This document shows positions 16,284 through 25,026 of a stretch of DNA of 34,696 nucleotides, piece after piece (within the stretch, counting starts at the first letter, position 1; each line of letters opens with the position of its first letter). Made by a program: the position numbers and the translations under genes. The notes below the pieces were generated by a model. It had not been told where the DNA came from and did no database searches. It saw nothing but the letters and a program-made list of their open reading frames with translations. The DNA comes from a virus (taxonomy: Duplodnaviria > Caudoviricetes), in IMG/VR virus record IMGVR_UViG_3300037991_003957, positions 1-34,696 of that record; one strand, 5' to 3'.

Positions 16284-19200
16284 TTATAACCATTTTGCAG
16301 TTGCATCATATCTAAACCCATTGGATTTGGGAATGCAGCTTGTTGGTCCGCTAACCATCTTAAATCTGGCCAATAATGTAGATTATTATTGTGTTTTTTA
16401 CCTACTCTACTTTCTCCACCATTGGCGTCAATTAATTGATTAGCATCAAAGTCCCAATATATAGGACTAGTTGGTATACCATCTACTAATTCGTTTTGCC
16501 CAGTAACACTGTTTGCGGCTGGAATGTAATTATTATAACCAAATATTATCTCTAAAGGACCACAATCACCACAACCTGGGTTTGCACCTGAACTAAAACC
16601 TAACCACAATGGTTGATCCCAAGAATAAGTAAAATCACCTATTGATGTTGAAGCATATGTTGATTTACGATCTGGTGATCCATTACCTAAATACATACTA
16701 ACTTGATACATTCTTTTAACTGTATATTTCATTTGACCGCCATTGAAAGCTGAGTATGGAGAAGGAGTGTTGGGGTTTGATCCATAAGATCCATTAGCAG
16801 CTTCAAATTGATATTCATCTTCGCCTTGAGTGTTAAAAGTAATTGCATCATCATCAGAACATCCGGCACCATAATAAATTGGGTTAGGAACACGACCATC
16901 AGGGCATAGAAAAGATCTTGTCCAATTATACAAGTTTAGCCCTGCACCACCATGGACTGGCCCACCCCACCATGGGTCACGTCCAAACTGTTGCTTGATA
17001 CCATCTCCGTTTGTATTTACCTTGTTTGTTATAAAGTCGTCTTGAGATATTATACGACCATAAGGCACCACTTGATATCCAAAGTTTTCATCTGTATTAC
17101 ATTCTTCACCACTCATCCAATTAGGTATAATACCACCCCCACTAGGAGTAAGTAATCCTGTTCTGTTGTATACAGCATCTTTTATTTGTTGTCTAGTATA
17201 ACCAACCCCAGTTCCTTCTACAGGTGTTTCATTAGTTATAAAACCTTCTTCTTCAAAGTCTAGCACTATATTAGGGTTAGTTCCAAGAGGATCTTGATGT
17301 TTTAGTCTTAGCGTAAATGTATATTGATTTTTATCATTTCTTTGCCAACACATAAATCCATAGTTGTTATCACGATCATATGGTGCTATTTTTAACTGAT
17401 ATTCACCAGTATTCACACCTTGTTCTTCTAACTCAAACTGTAGACTTACATCTTGACCATCTCCCCTCATTACTTTAACTAATTCAATTGTACAAGAATT
17501 ACCTAAACCTTGACCATATGCTCCTGCTCCTTCAAAAGTCCTTGAAATATATGTTCCATAACCATCACCTTCAGACCAACTTATATTAGTTCTTGTTAGT
17601 CCTACTGGAGTACCATTATCTTCGTTTTTTATACTTTCATTTAATTCAGATATTAATCCAGATGTTGTAGTTTCCCAAAATATATCTAATAAAGATTCTA
17701 CAGGCTTTGTTTCATAAACTGCTAAACAAGGTCCTACAGGATAAGGCTCGTCGCATGGCGTAGGTAGCGTGGTAACTGTAGCTGCTTCTATACCAAACTT
17801 ATTATTAACTTCAACTCTACCAATCAAAGGATTTGTTTCAGCTTGATAAAAACAAGATGGAAGCGTGGGCTCTATTGGATTAATAACTAAATCCCCTAAT
17901 CTTAATTTAGTCATATTTCCTATTTGAACAACTGTATCTGGATTGCTTCCGGGATCATATTGTTTGTTGCTTTGAGTTTTAGAACCAGCAGCAAAGTCAT
18001 CATCTACAAATACATTTACCCTACCAAACAACTGTTGAGAACTTCTAAATTTTTCAGTAAGTGGACCAACATCTTGTAAATCTTTAGGTACTTTATTTAT
18101 ATTATCACCAAACAGCACTATATGTGAAGTATGATTTGTTTGTAGTTTAGGATATTCAAATTTAACAGTGGGAAAAACTTGAGAACCTGTTGTAGTAACG
18201 GTATCCGACGGATCTGTTATGCCAATTGTTTCAGGTTCTTCTCCTTCTTGTTCACAAGGGTATCCAGCTAAAGCTCCAGGGAGATATACATTGTAATATT
18301 CTTGTTGTGTTTGTTTAATTACAAACTTATAACTATACCATCCTAATGGGTTGTCTATAGCTGTTACTACAAATCCACTTATACTTTGTCCTTCTAGGTT
18401 TTCACAACCAGGTAATATTGGTATATTAGTTAATGTTCCTTGAAAAGCTTGACCTGATAACCAACCAGAACCACTACTAATTACAACAATATCTATAATG
18501 TCTGTGCCTTGAACTGAAAATTGTATAGTAGCAGTAGGACCACTTCCACTTTTAACCGCGCCTTCAATTGTAACAGTATATGGCCCACATGGACCACCAA
18601 CAATTCCATTAGTTATTTCTACTTCTTCAACAGCTGTTATAGTACCATCCGCTACGCTGTATATTCCAGGATAACCATCTTGTGTTTTTAACTCAGGTAT
18701 AATACTCCAAAATGTAGCGCTTATTTGGTCTCCTGGCCAAGAATATGGAGCACTTGGTCCTTGAGTAATATTACTACTTAAATTTTCCCATTTAGGATAT
18801 TTATCTTCTAATATGTGGTCTTCTGTTGACGCATATCTATGGTAAAATGTAGATCCATTATACCCTGGAACAGTAGTATTTATAATGCTAGACAATATTA
18901 CATTAGATTGCCTTCCATATCTATCTGATAAAATTATACCAACTTGATATGTTCTATTTTGTTTTAAAGTGTGGTTTTGATATTCTTTTCTTACGTAGTA
19001 ATCTGAGTTTTCAAATATAGGTTGGCTGTTAACAGGTAAACTTACTTTTTCATTTGCTTGAATACTATAGTTTAAATTTATAGGTGAACTATGCTTGTCT
19101 ATAAAATTTCCATAAATAATTCTATTTCCAGAAGAGGCTTGAGACAAAGCTCTTATAGGTACAATATCAGTTACTCTGGTAGTTTGTACTGGAGGTAGTG

Positions 19201-20584
19201 TTTTCCAAGGTTTTCTACTTTGATAATTATAAGTTAAAATATTTTGTTGTAAATTAGAAAAATCATTTTGAGTTAAAGTATCTATTATAGTTGTTTTATT
19301 AGATCCAGCATCTTTATAAAGTATATCTACTTCAGTTATTTTTAACTTTTCAAAAGCTTCAGACCACAACATTGAGTTATTAGAGTTGCCAGTTGTAGGA
19401 GAAGGTATGTTTAAAATTATATCATTAATTTTATTTTGCATAAACTTAACAACTGTAGAATCATAGGTTTCTCCTTCTTGTCCAACTTGCGCTTGTAAGC
19501 CACCTTGGCCAGTTGTTGTGCTATTTATTGCGTTGTCACCAATAAAATAACCATCTTGCTCTGGTACAAAAGCTATTTGAGTAAATGGTGCCGATAAAGA
19601 ATATTCACCATCAACAAATTTAAATCTATAACTAAATCGTACAAATTTGTCTTTTAAAAACACAGGGTCACCAGGCCAAGAATCAACGTAATCTGGATTT
19701 TGCCTTTGGAAATAAACAATATCAGCAGGAAGTATTTCTGCAGCTATATCAGCAGGTACAGAAATAGTTGTTTGGTTCCCCGAAAAAGAAATTGACTCTA
19801 CATAGCAATTTTTAATTTTTATTTTATTACTTGTTAAAACATCTCCATTACTTATATTAGCACCTGGGGTATTTGGCATTATATTAGTATAATGTCCTTC
19901 TAAAACGACATTGCCCCCATTTACAGATGCAACTAATGCTGCAGCGTGAATAGGTAAATACTCACTAACAACGTCTCTCATTGAAGACTCGTAACGATAG
20001 TTTTGATTACTATTTTCAGTCTTATTTAATAATAATATAGGAGCATATGGATAATATTTAGCTACTGATATTTGATCTTCAGTAGTATAGTATCCAGGTT
20101 GCGCTAAGTTTACATTAATTTTTCTAGGTTGATTTCTGTTGTCTGTAAAAAATAATAAATCTTCTATTAAAGTAACTCCAATTACAGGATGTGTTTTTGA
20201 AAAGTTTAAAAAAGAACCTTCTACAAGAATTTCAAAACCAGTAGTTAATACGTTATAAGATATTATGTAAGAATTAACATTGAAACCTGCAGAATTATGA
20301 GATAGTTGATCAGGTGAAGAATCTGTATAATTTGTGATAAAAAGAAATATAGTATCTAAGGTATCTGCCATTAAGTGACCAATTATTTCAATGTTATCCC
20401 CAGACAAATTAAAATTGTTAATAAGAGAATTTCCCAATACGTTTTCTAACGCTCCTACATCATCTCCTTCAGATTTACTTATTTGAATATTTCTTCCATC
20501 TCTATATTGACCATTGGGGATAATTCTACCGTCCATATCTTTATTCATTTTGGACTGGATAAATGTATTTTTTACTTCTGGCAT
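16097..20584 (-). CDS. Large tail stabilisation/muzzle protein, N-terminal-type part (frameshifted near its 3' end)
   Basis: N-terminus NTFIQSKMNKDMDGRIIPNGQYRDGRNIQIS and LLFFTDNRNQPRKIN, FSYRFKF, RIIYGNF, YQVGIILSDRYGR resemble crAss-like muzzle proteins. The last ~60 aa look out of frame. Confidence 0.7.
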   Translation of the reverse strand: MPEVKNTFIQSKMNKDMDGRIIPNGQYRDGRNIQISKSEGDDVGALENVLGNSLINNFNLSGDNIEIIGHLMADTLDTIFLFITNYTDSSPDQLSHNSAGFNVNSYIISYNVLTTGFEILVEGSFLNFSKTHPVIGVTLIEDLLFFTDNRNQPRKINVNLAQPGYYTTEDQISVAKYYPYAPILLLNKTENSNQNYRYESSMRDVVSEYLPIHAAALVASVNGGNVVLEGHYTNIMPNTPGANISNGDVLTSNKIKIKNCYVESISFSGNQTTISVPADIAAEILPADIVYFQRQNPDYVDSWPGDPVFLKDKFVRFSYRFKFVDGEYSLSAPFTQIAFVPEQDGYFIGDNAINSTTTGQGGLQAQVGQEGETYDSTVVKFMQNKINDIILNIPSPTTGNSNNSMLWSEAFEKLKITEVDILYKDAGSNKTTIIDTLTQNDFSNLQQNILTYNYQSRKPWKTLPPVQTTRVTDIVPIRALSQASSGNRIIYGNFIDKHSSPINLNYSIQANEKVSLPVNSQPIFENSDYYVRKEYQNHTLKQNRTYQVGIILSDRYGRQSNVILSSIINTTVPGYNGSTFYHRYASTEDHILEDKYPKWENLSSNITQGPSAPYSWPGDQISATFWSIIPELKTQDGYPGIYSVADGTITAVEEVEITNGIVGGPCGPYTVTIEGAVKSGSGPTATIQFSVQGTDIIDIVVISSGSGWLSGQAFQGTLTNIPILPGCENLEGQSISGFVVTAIDNPLGWYSYKFVIKQTQQEYYNVYLPGALAGYPCEQEGEEPETIGITDPSDTVTTTGSQVFPTVKFEYPKLQTNHTSHIVLFGDNINKVPKDLQDVGPLTEKFRSSQQLFGRVNVFVDDDFAAGSKTQSNKQYDPGSNPDTVVQIGNMTKLRLGDLVINPIEPTLPSCFYQAETNPLIGRVEVNNKFGIEAATVTTLPTPCDEPYPVGPCLAVYETKPVESLLDIFWETTTSGLISELNESIKNEDNGTPVGLTRTNISWSEGDGYGTYISRTFEGAGAYGQGLGNSCTIELVKVMRGDGQDVSLQFELEEQGVNTGEYQLKIAPYDRDNNYGFMCWQRNDKNQYTFTLRLKHQDPLGTNPNIVLDFEEEGFITNETPVEGTGVGYTRQQIKDAVYNRTGLLTPSGGGIIPNWMSGEECNTDENFGYQVVPYGRIISQDDFITNKVNTNGDGIKQQFGRDPWWGGPVHGGAGLNLYNWTRSFLCPDGRVPNPIYYGAGCSDDDAITFNTQGEDEYQFEAANGSYGSNPNTPSPYSAFNGGQMKYTVKRMYQVSMYLGNGSPDRKSTYASTSIGDFTYSWDQPLWLGFSSGANPGCGDCGPLEIIFGYNNYIPAANSVTGQNELVDGIPTSPIYWDFDANQLIDANGGESRVGKKHNNNLHYWPDLRWLADQQAAFPNPMGLDMMQLQNGYNTFYHHLGPKAKVVLEPLARRDMILGVMRSMRLTMSLFIILEVTLITQVDWCLRKMNLVCHS

Positions 20585-20594
20585 AATTTAATAT

Positions 20595-21890
20595 TTAATA
20601 TTTAATCCATTTAGATTTACCTCGCATAATTTGAACAAACTCATCTAACTTAATATTAGATAACCTAATTTTAGCATTTCTTAACTGCGCTCTTCTATCT
20701 TTTTTAAATCTTTGAACCGTAAATTCAGGAATATTTCTAGTTGTAGATAGAATACTATAAGCAATATGCATGTATAAGGCTTCTTCTGCTAACTTAGGTA
20801 CTTTAGTATCTTCTTCATAAGCTAATCCGTCAGATATATAATCTAATAAAATTAACTTACCAGCTAAATTACTACTAAAGCTAAATTTACCTTCTCTTTT
20901 ATTTATAGTAAACCATCCATTAGATTGCGAAAGTTCTGGCTTTAAACCATATCTTTGACCTAATAATCCTACTTCCATATCTGAAACTATGCTTCTACCT
21001 AAACCTGTTTCAAATATAGGATCTACTGCTACGTTTTGATCTTTAGGTAAATTAGCCCAAGCTTCTTCTGTTAAAGAAGTACTTTCTAAATTGTTTCCAT
21101 CACTGTCTTGTGTAGGAATACCATAGCCAGAGCTAGGAAAGTTAAAACCAAAGGGATTTGTAGTTATATTAGTATCTTGTATGGGAGTTTCTGTTGGATT
21201 ACTAGTCAGAGTGGTTGGATATATAATATGTTTTATACCGCTTTCATCAACCCAAGATAAATTTACGTAATTAACATAGTCTTGTGGGATTATTACAGAT
21301 AAACTTGGTGGAATAGTTAATTCTTGAGATTTTATGGATCGAAGAGTATCATAAGAAAATTCTTGTAACCCTCTCTTTGCGTGAAAAACAACATCAGATC
21401 TTTTAGCTTTTGGAATTATTTTATCACCACCAACATAAGCCATCATGAAATTATTAACAACATCAAATATTGAGATATATTGATAATCTCCATAGTTAGG
21501 AGCTCCATCAACTAAGTCAGACTTTAACTTAACCCTTACATAATACCCATCAGGTATAGCATCGGGATTAGTAAAAGATAAAGTACTATATGGAGTTACA
21601 TTTGAAAATTTAGATATTGTATAGGAACCACCTGTTCCACCACCTGGAATTATATTACCATTCCATAAGTTCCAATTTTGTAACCCATCTACACTCCATT
21701 CTAAAACAAAGTTATTTAAATTGTAGTTTGGGTCAGTTGGATCCCAAGAAGCTAGATGTAAAACCTCATTAAAAGTAAAAACCATATTATCTAACACACC
21801 TGCAGTTGAACTAGCTATATTACTTTGTGTACCAACGTAATATTGTTCATTAGTTTCGTTTATTAAACCGCCGTTTGGAGAATTTGCCAT
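20595..21890 (-). CDS. Tail ring/tubular structural protein
   Basis: 431 aa with VVFHAKRGLQEFSYD, IPQDYVNYV and LDYISDGL motifs; lies between the adaptor and muzzle genes. Confidence 0.55.
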   Translation of the reverse strand: MANSPNGGLINETNEQYYVGTQSNIASSTAGVLDNMVFTFNEVLHLASWDPTDPNYNLNNFVLEWSVDGLQNWNLWNGNIIPGGGTGGSYTISKFSNVTPYSTLSFTNPDAIPDGYYVRVKLKSDLVDGAPNYGDYQYISIFDVVNNFMMAYVGGDKIIPKAKRSDVVFHAKRGLQEFSYDTLRSIKSQELTIPPSLSVIIPQDYVNYVNLSWVDESGIKHIIYPTTLTSNPTETPIQDTNITTNPFGFNFPSSGYGIPTQDSDGNNLESTSLTEEAWANLPKDQNVAVDPIFETGLGRSIVSDMEVGLLGQRYGLKPELSQSNGWFTINKREGKFSFSSNLAGKLILLDYISDGLAYEEDTKVPKLAEEALYMHIAYSILSTTRNIPEFTVQRFKKDRRAQLRNAKIRLSNIKLDEFVQIMRGKSKWIKY

Positions 21891-21896
21891 AATTTA

Positions 21897-22703
21897 TTAT
21901 TGTTGTTGTAAAACATCTATGTTTTGAGCTTCAGCTGCTGCTGCTTGTACTATTTGAGAATCTCTTATAACAACGCCTGAATACATTAATATTTTTAATA
22001 TTACCTCTACTTGCTCAGTACTATCTAACTCAAAATTTACAGAGCCAGTATTTGGTATAATAGCCGGAGGCACACCTGAAGGACTACCGTCCCAAATATA
22101 TTGGCCTTGACTTCCAACGCCATAAGCCCAAATTACATCAGCTGGTTTTCTAATATAAGATATATTAACGTCTTGCTTTATTTCATTTGGATAAGCATAT
22201 ATTCTTATACAGTCATCACATAGTACAGTGGTTGGATTATTAGGATCTACTGGAGAAACATTACCCTCTTGTATGTACATAGGATAATTAGTAGTAGGTC
22301 TAGTAAGTTTAGACATATATAATCTAAGATAATCTCCTCTATTTGTCATTTGCAACTCTTGTTCACCTTTATACATTATAGTTCCTATTCTATGAACATC
22401 TGCAGGTAAAAAGAAATAAGGTTCATCTAAAGATCCAGCGGGATTACCAGTATAATACGTGGCAGTACCATAAGTTTTAAATATAGATATTTTTTCCTCT
22501 ATATTGTCTACTCTATCTGCGTACTCGTCTTTAAGACCTGGCTTTCTTAAAGCTATATTTAAATCTTCAAAGTACTTTTCAAAAATTTGAAGTTGAACCT
22601 GTGTAGCTATTTTATTAAACTCATTAGGAGTTATATAACCTCTTTGCTCTTTGTTTAATATTAACAAGACAGTTTGATATACTGTATTTACGTTTATAGC
22701 CAT
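21897..22703 (-). CDS. Head-tail adaptor/ring protein (P22 gp4-like)
   Basis: 268 aa: LILNKEQRGYITPNEFN, ISYIRKP and a helical C-terminus; first tail gene after the capsid block. Confidence 0.6.
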   Translation of the reverse strand: MAINVNTVYQTVLLILNKEQRGYITPNEFNKIATQVQLQIFEKYFEDLNIALRKPGLKDEYADRVDNIEEKISIFKTYGTATYYTGNPAGSLDEPYFFLPADVHRIGTIMYKGEQELQMTNRGDYLRLYMSKLTRPTTNYPMYIQEGNVSPVDPNNPTTVLCDDCIRIYAYPNEIKQDVNISYIRKPADVIWAYGVGSQGQYIWDGSPSGVPPAIIPNTGSVNFELDSTEQVEVILKILMYSGVVIRDSQIVQAAAAEAQNIDVLQQQ

Positions 22704-22716
22704 TTAAATATTTTTT

Positions 22717-22745
22717 AAAAAAGAAAGGCGGCCGCTTAGCCGCCT
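22717..22745 (-). terminator. Intrinsic terminator-like hairpin after the capsid block
   Basis: Minus strand reads AGGCGGC-TAAGCG-GCCGCCT-TTCTTTTTT. Confidence 0.7.
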
Positions 22746-22751
22746 CACTAT

Positions 22752-22765
22752 TATTATTACATGTT
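22752..22765 (-). promoter_or_regulatory. Candidate phage promoter motif AACATGTAATAATA
   Basis: Intergenic; 12/14 identical to 15697-15710. Confidence 0.4.
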
Positions 22766-22770
22766 AAATA

Positions 22771-23520
22771 TTACTTTAACTTTTTTTCAATTGATTTGTA
22801 AACCTCTACTCCTTCGTCTGTTTTTAAATAAACAGCAAAAGCAGAATAAGGATTTTCTTCAAAAGGAACTGTCATTAATTTTTTACCATTACTGGCCCAA
22901 CTAAAAGTTCTTTGATCTTGAGATAATTTTATAATATTAGCTTCACTAGCTTTTATCGCAAAGTTTCTAAGTTCTACATTTTCATCATTAGCGAGTTCTA
23001 AAAACAAGTAAGGATTTCTTTTAGCAAAAAGTAATAAATCTCTTTTAATTTCCTTAGAACTCATACTAGCAACGCTAGAACCCATTTCAACTCTTAAGAT
23101 AGCTTCAGCGTGCTCAATTTCCAACTCTCTAGCTAGAGATAAAGCAAGAAATTCTGATTCTAAATCTTCAAGTTCATTTTTAGCCTCCACCACTTGGTCC
23201 ATTTCTAAGTATCTTTTCCCTTTATGTGGGTGATAAAGTGACAAAAGTTTTTGCAGTGATTGCTTTTCTTTTGGCACGTGTAAAGTACCATTTTCAAAAA
23301 TTATATGTTCTAAAGTAACTGCTCCTTTTTGTTCATCAACAAAAGGGCTTTTTTGATTAGAAGCATATCTTAATTCTCTTTGGTATCCTTTTTCTTTATC
23401 AAACCACATTAAAGGAAATCTACGAGTATGTTTAGACCCTAATGTGTATGTAAGTGGAGATCTATCTTGAACTAGATAGTAATTTCTATCTTTTATCTCC
23501 CAGTTTTGTTCATTTTCCAT
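22771..23520 (-). CDS. Capsid-module protein of unknown function
   Basis: 249-aa clean ORF with an AT-rich start context (RELRYASNQKSPFVDEQ). Confidence 0.7.
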   Translation of the reverse strand: MENEQNWEIKDRNYYLVQDRSPLTYTLGSKHTRRFPLMWFDKEKGYQRELRYASNQKSPFVDEQKGAVTLEHIIFENGTLHVPKEKQSLQKLLSLYHPHKGKRYLEMDQVVEAKNELEDLESEFLALSLARELEIEHAEAILRVEMGSSVASMSSKEIKRDLLLFAKRNPYLFLELANDENVELRNFAIKASEANIIKLSQDQRTFSWASNGKKLMTVPFEENPYSAFAVYLKTDEGVEVYKSIEKKLK

Positions 23521-23556
23521 AATATATAATATAATTGTTTTTTTAAAAATTTAAAG

Positions 23557-24378
23557 TTATAAACTAGTCTCGTACTCCGCAGCCAATTTACCTTGCTCAT
23601 CTTGTAATTTAGCTAATATAGTTTCCAACTCAGTTCTAATATTCCCAACACTTGCTCCCGCATTGGTTAAAGTAACGGCATCCTCAAAAATAGTTAATGA
23701 GCTGCCGGTGTTTGTTAAATAATTAAAACCTGTTGTAGCTGCATTTTTGTTTATAGATATAGGTTGAGTAGGATCAACTAAAAAAGGTAAAGAAGTTCCT
23801 ACACTAGGATTTCTTGCTACTATATCACTTACTTTATAAGATGCTTTTGTATTTTTATAGTTTTGTTGATCAAGAGTTGCTTTGTAATCACTTTTCATAG
23901 ATAGTGTAAAATCTAGATCTTCATTTCTAGCTATAGCAAGTGATATGTCTTGAACCGCTTTTTTTATTGCATCAAAATATACGTTACCTTTTGTAATAGT
24001 CGAACTTAATGCAACGTCCCATGATGATCCAATCATTTCTTGTACTGTATTATCAGGAAACAGATTATCACTAGTATTACCAGTTATGCTCGATATTTGA
24101 GGTGAAGTAGCTTCCTTTAGATAAGTTTGAAATTTGTCGCTTCTTGTTATTTGGTCCACCCATAAATAAGGTATAAGTATACCTTTAAATGTACCATCCT
24201 CCATTTTAACAATACATCCGAAAGCTAAATCAGCATCATCAAAATCAGGTACTAACATAACTTCAGGTGTAGCACCTTCTAAGTCTAAAACCCTTGTAAC
24301 AACCGTAGATAATTGATTATTAGCAGGATTAGAATCTCTTGGGGCAGCTAATGTGTTTACTTTTACATTTATTTTCAT
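23557..24378 (-). CDS. Hypothetical protein, possible minor capsid/accessory virion protein
   Basis: 273-aa ORF in the capsid block, Thr/Asp-rich, with a C-terminal coiled coil. Confidence 0.55.
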   Translation of the reverse strand: MKINVKVNTLAAPRDSNPANNQLSTVVTRVLDLEGATPEVMLVPDFDDADLAFGCIVKMEDGTFKGILIPYLWVDQITRSDKFQTYLKEATSPQISSITGNTSDNLFPDNTVQEMIGSSWDVALSSTITKGNVYFDAIKKAVQDISLAIARNEDLDFTLSMKSDYKATLDQQNYKNTKASYKVSDIVARNPSVGTSLPFLVDPTQPISINKNAATTGFNYLTNTGSSLTIFEDAVTLTNAGASVGNIRTELETILAKLQDEQGKLAAEYETSL

Positions 24379-24391
24379 TTCTTTAGCTTTT

Positions 24392-24418
24392 AAAAAGTCC
24401 CTATTTCTAGGGACTTTT
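24392..24418 (-). terminator. Intrinsic terminator downstream of the MCP and 185-aa genes
   Basis: Minus strand reads AAAAGTCCCTA-GAAA-TAGGGACTTTTT: a perfect 11-bp stem with a GAAA tetraloop and a U tract. Confidence 0.8.
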
Positions 24419-24442
24419 GTTTAGTTTTTATTAATGGTTCTA

Positions 24443-25000
24443 TTATGATTCGTCAGCATCTATAAACAAATATATATGCTTTTTTGTAATCTTTATACCA
24501 TTCTCTTCCATGTAAGTTCTGAGTTCTGCTTGACCAGCTGCACCTCCAGTTATTACTGCTGCATCAATCGCTTTTACAAAAGCTGCTTTTGCATTTTCTC
24601 CTGATTCAGCCGCACCTGGATCATCAGCTACATTTATTAAACCTTCGGCATATGCTAAAACCTCATCATAAGCAGGTATTCCACCTTCATCATTTTGAGA
24701 AGCTAAGCAGTTGTCCCAAGCTTTAGTAGTATCAACTAAAAGGTAAGCCTCTTTATCTGCGCCTCCAGTTGGATACCCAAACTCTTGTGGAAACGCTGCA
24801 ATTGCTTCATAAGCAGCTTCTACAGCAAATCTCCAAACAGAAGCAGCATCTTCAGCAATATATCTAGTGATGTCTACATCAGTAGATCCATCTCCAACAG
24901 TAAGTTTTTCAAATTTTGAATCTTGCACTGTCATTGCTAGTGCAGTACTAACTAGTTGAACACTACCGTCTACTTTATTAATTTTCCATGTGTATGACAT
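24443..25000 (-). CDS. Acidic Ala-rich protein, possible capsid decoration protein
   Basis: 185 aa, 26 nt after the MCP stop and before the terminator. Confidence 0.5.
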   Translation of the reverse strand: MSYTWKINKVDGSVQLVSTALAMTVQDSKFEKLTVGDGSTDVDITRYIAEDAASVWRFAVEAAYEAIAAFPQEFGYPTGGADKEAYLLVDTTKAWDNCLASQNDEGGIPAYDEVLAYAEGLINVADDPGAAESGENAKAAFVKAIDAAVITGGAAGQAELRTYMEENGIKITKKHIYLFIDADES

Positions 25001-25026
25001 AATTTACGTTTTAAAAGGTTAATAAA

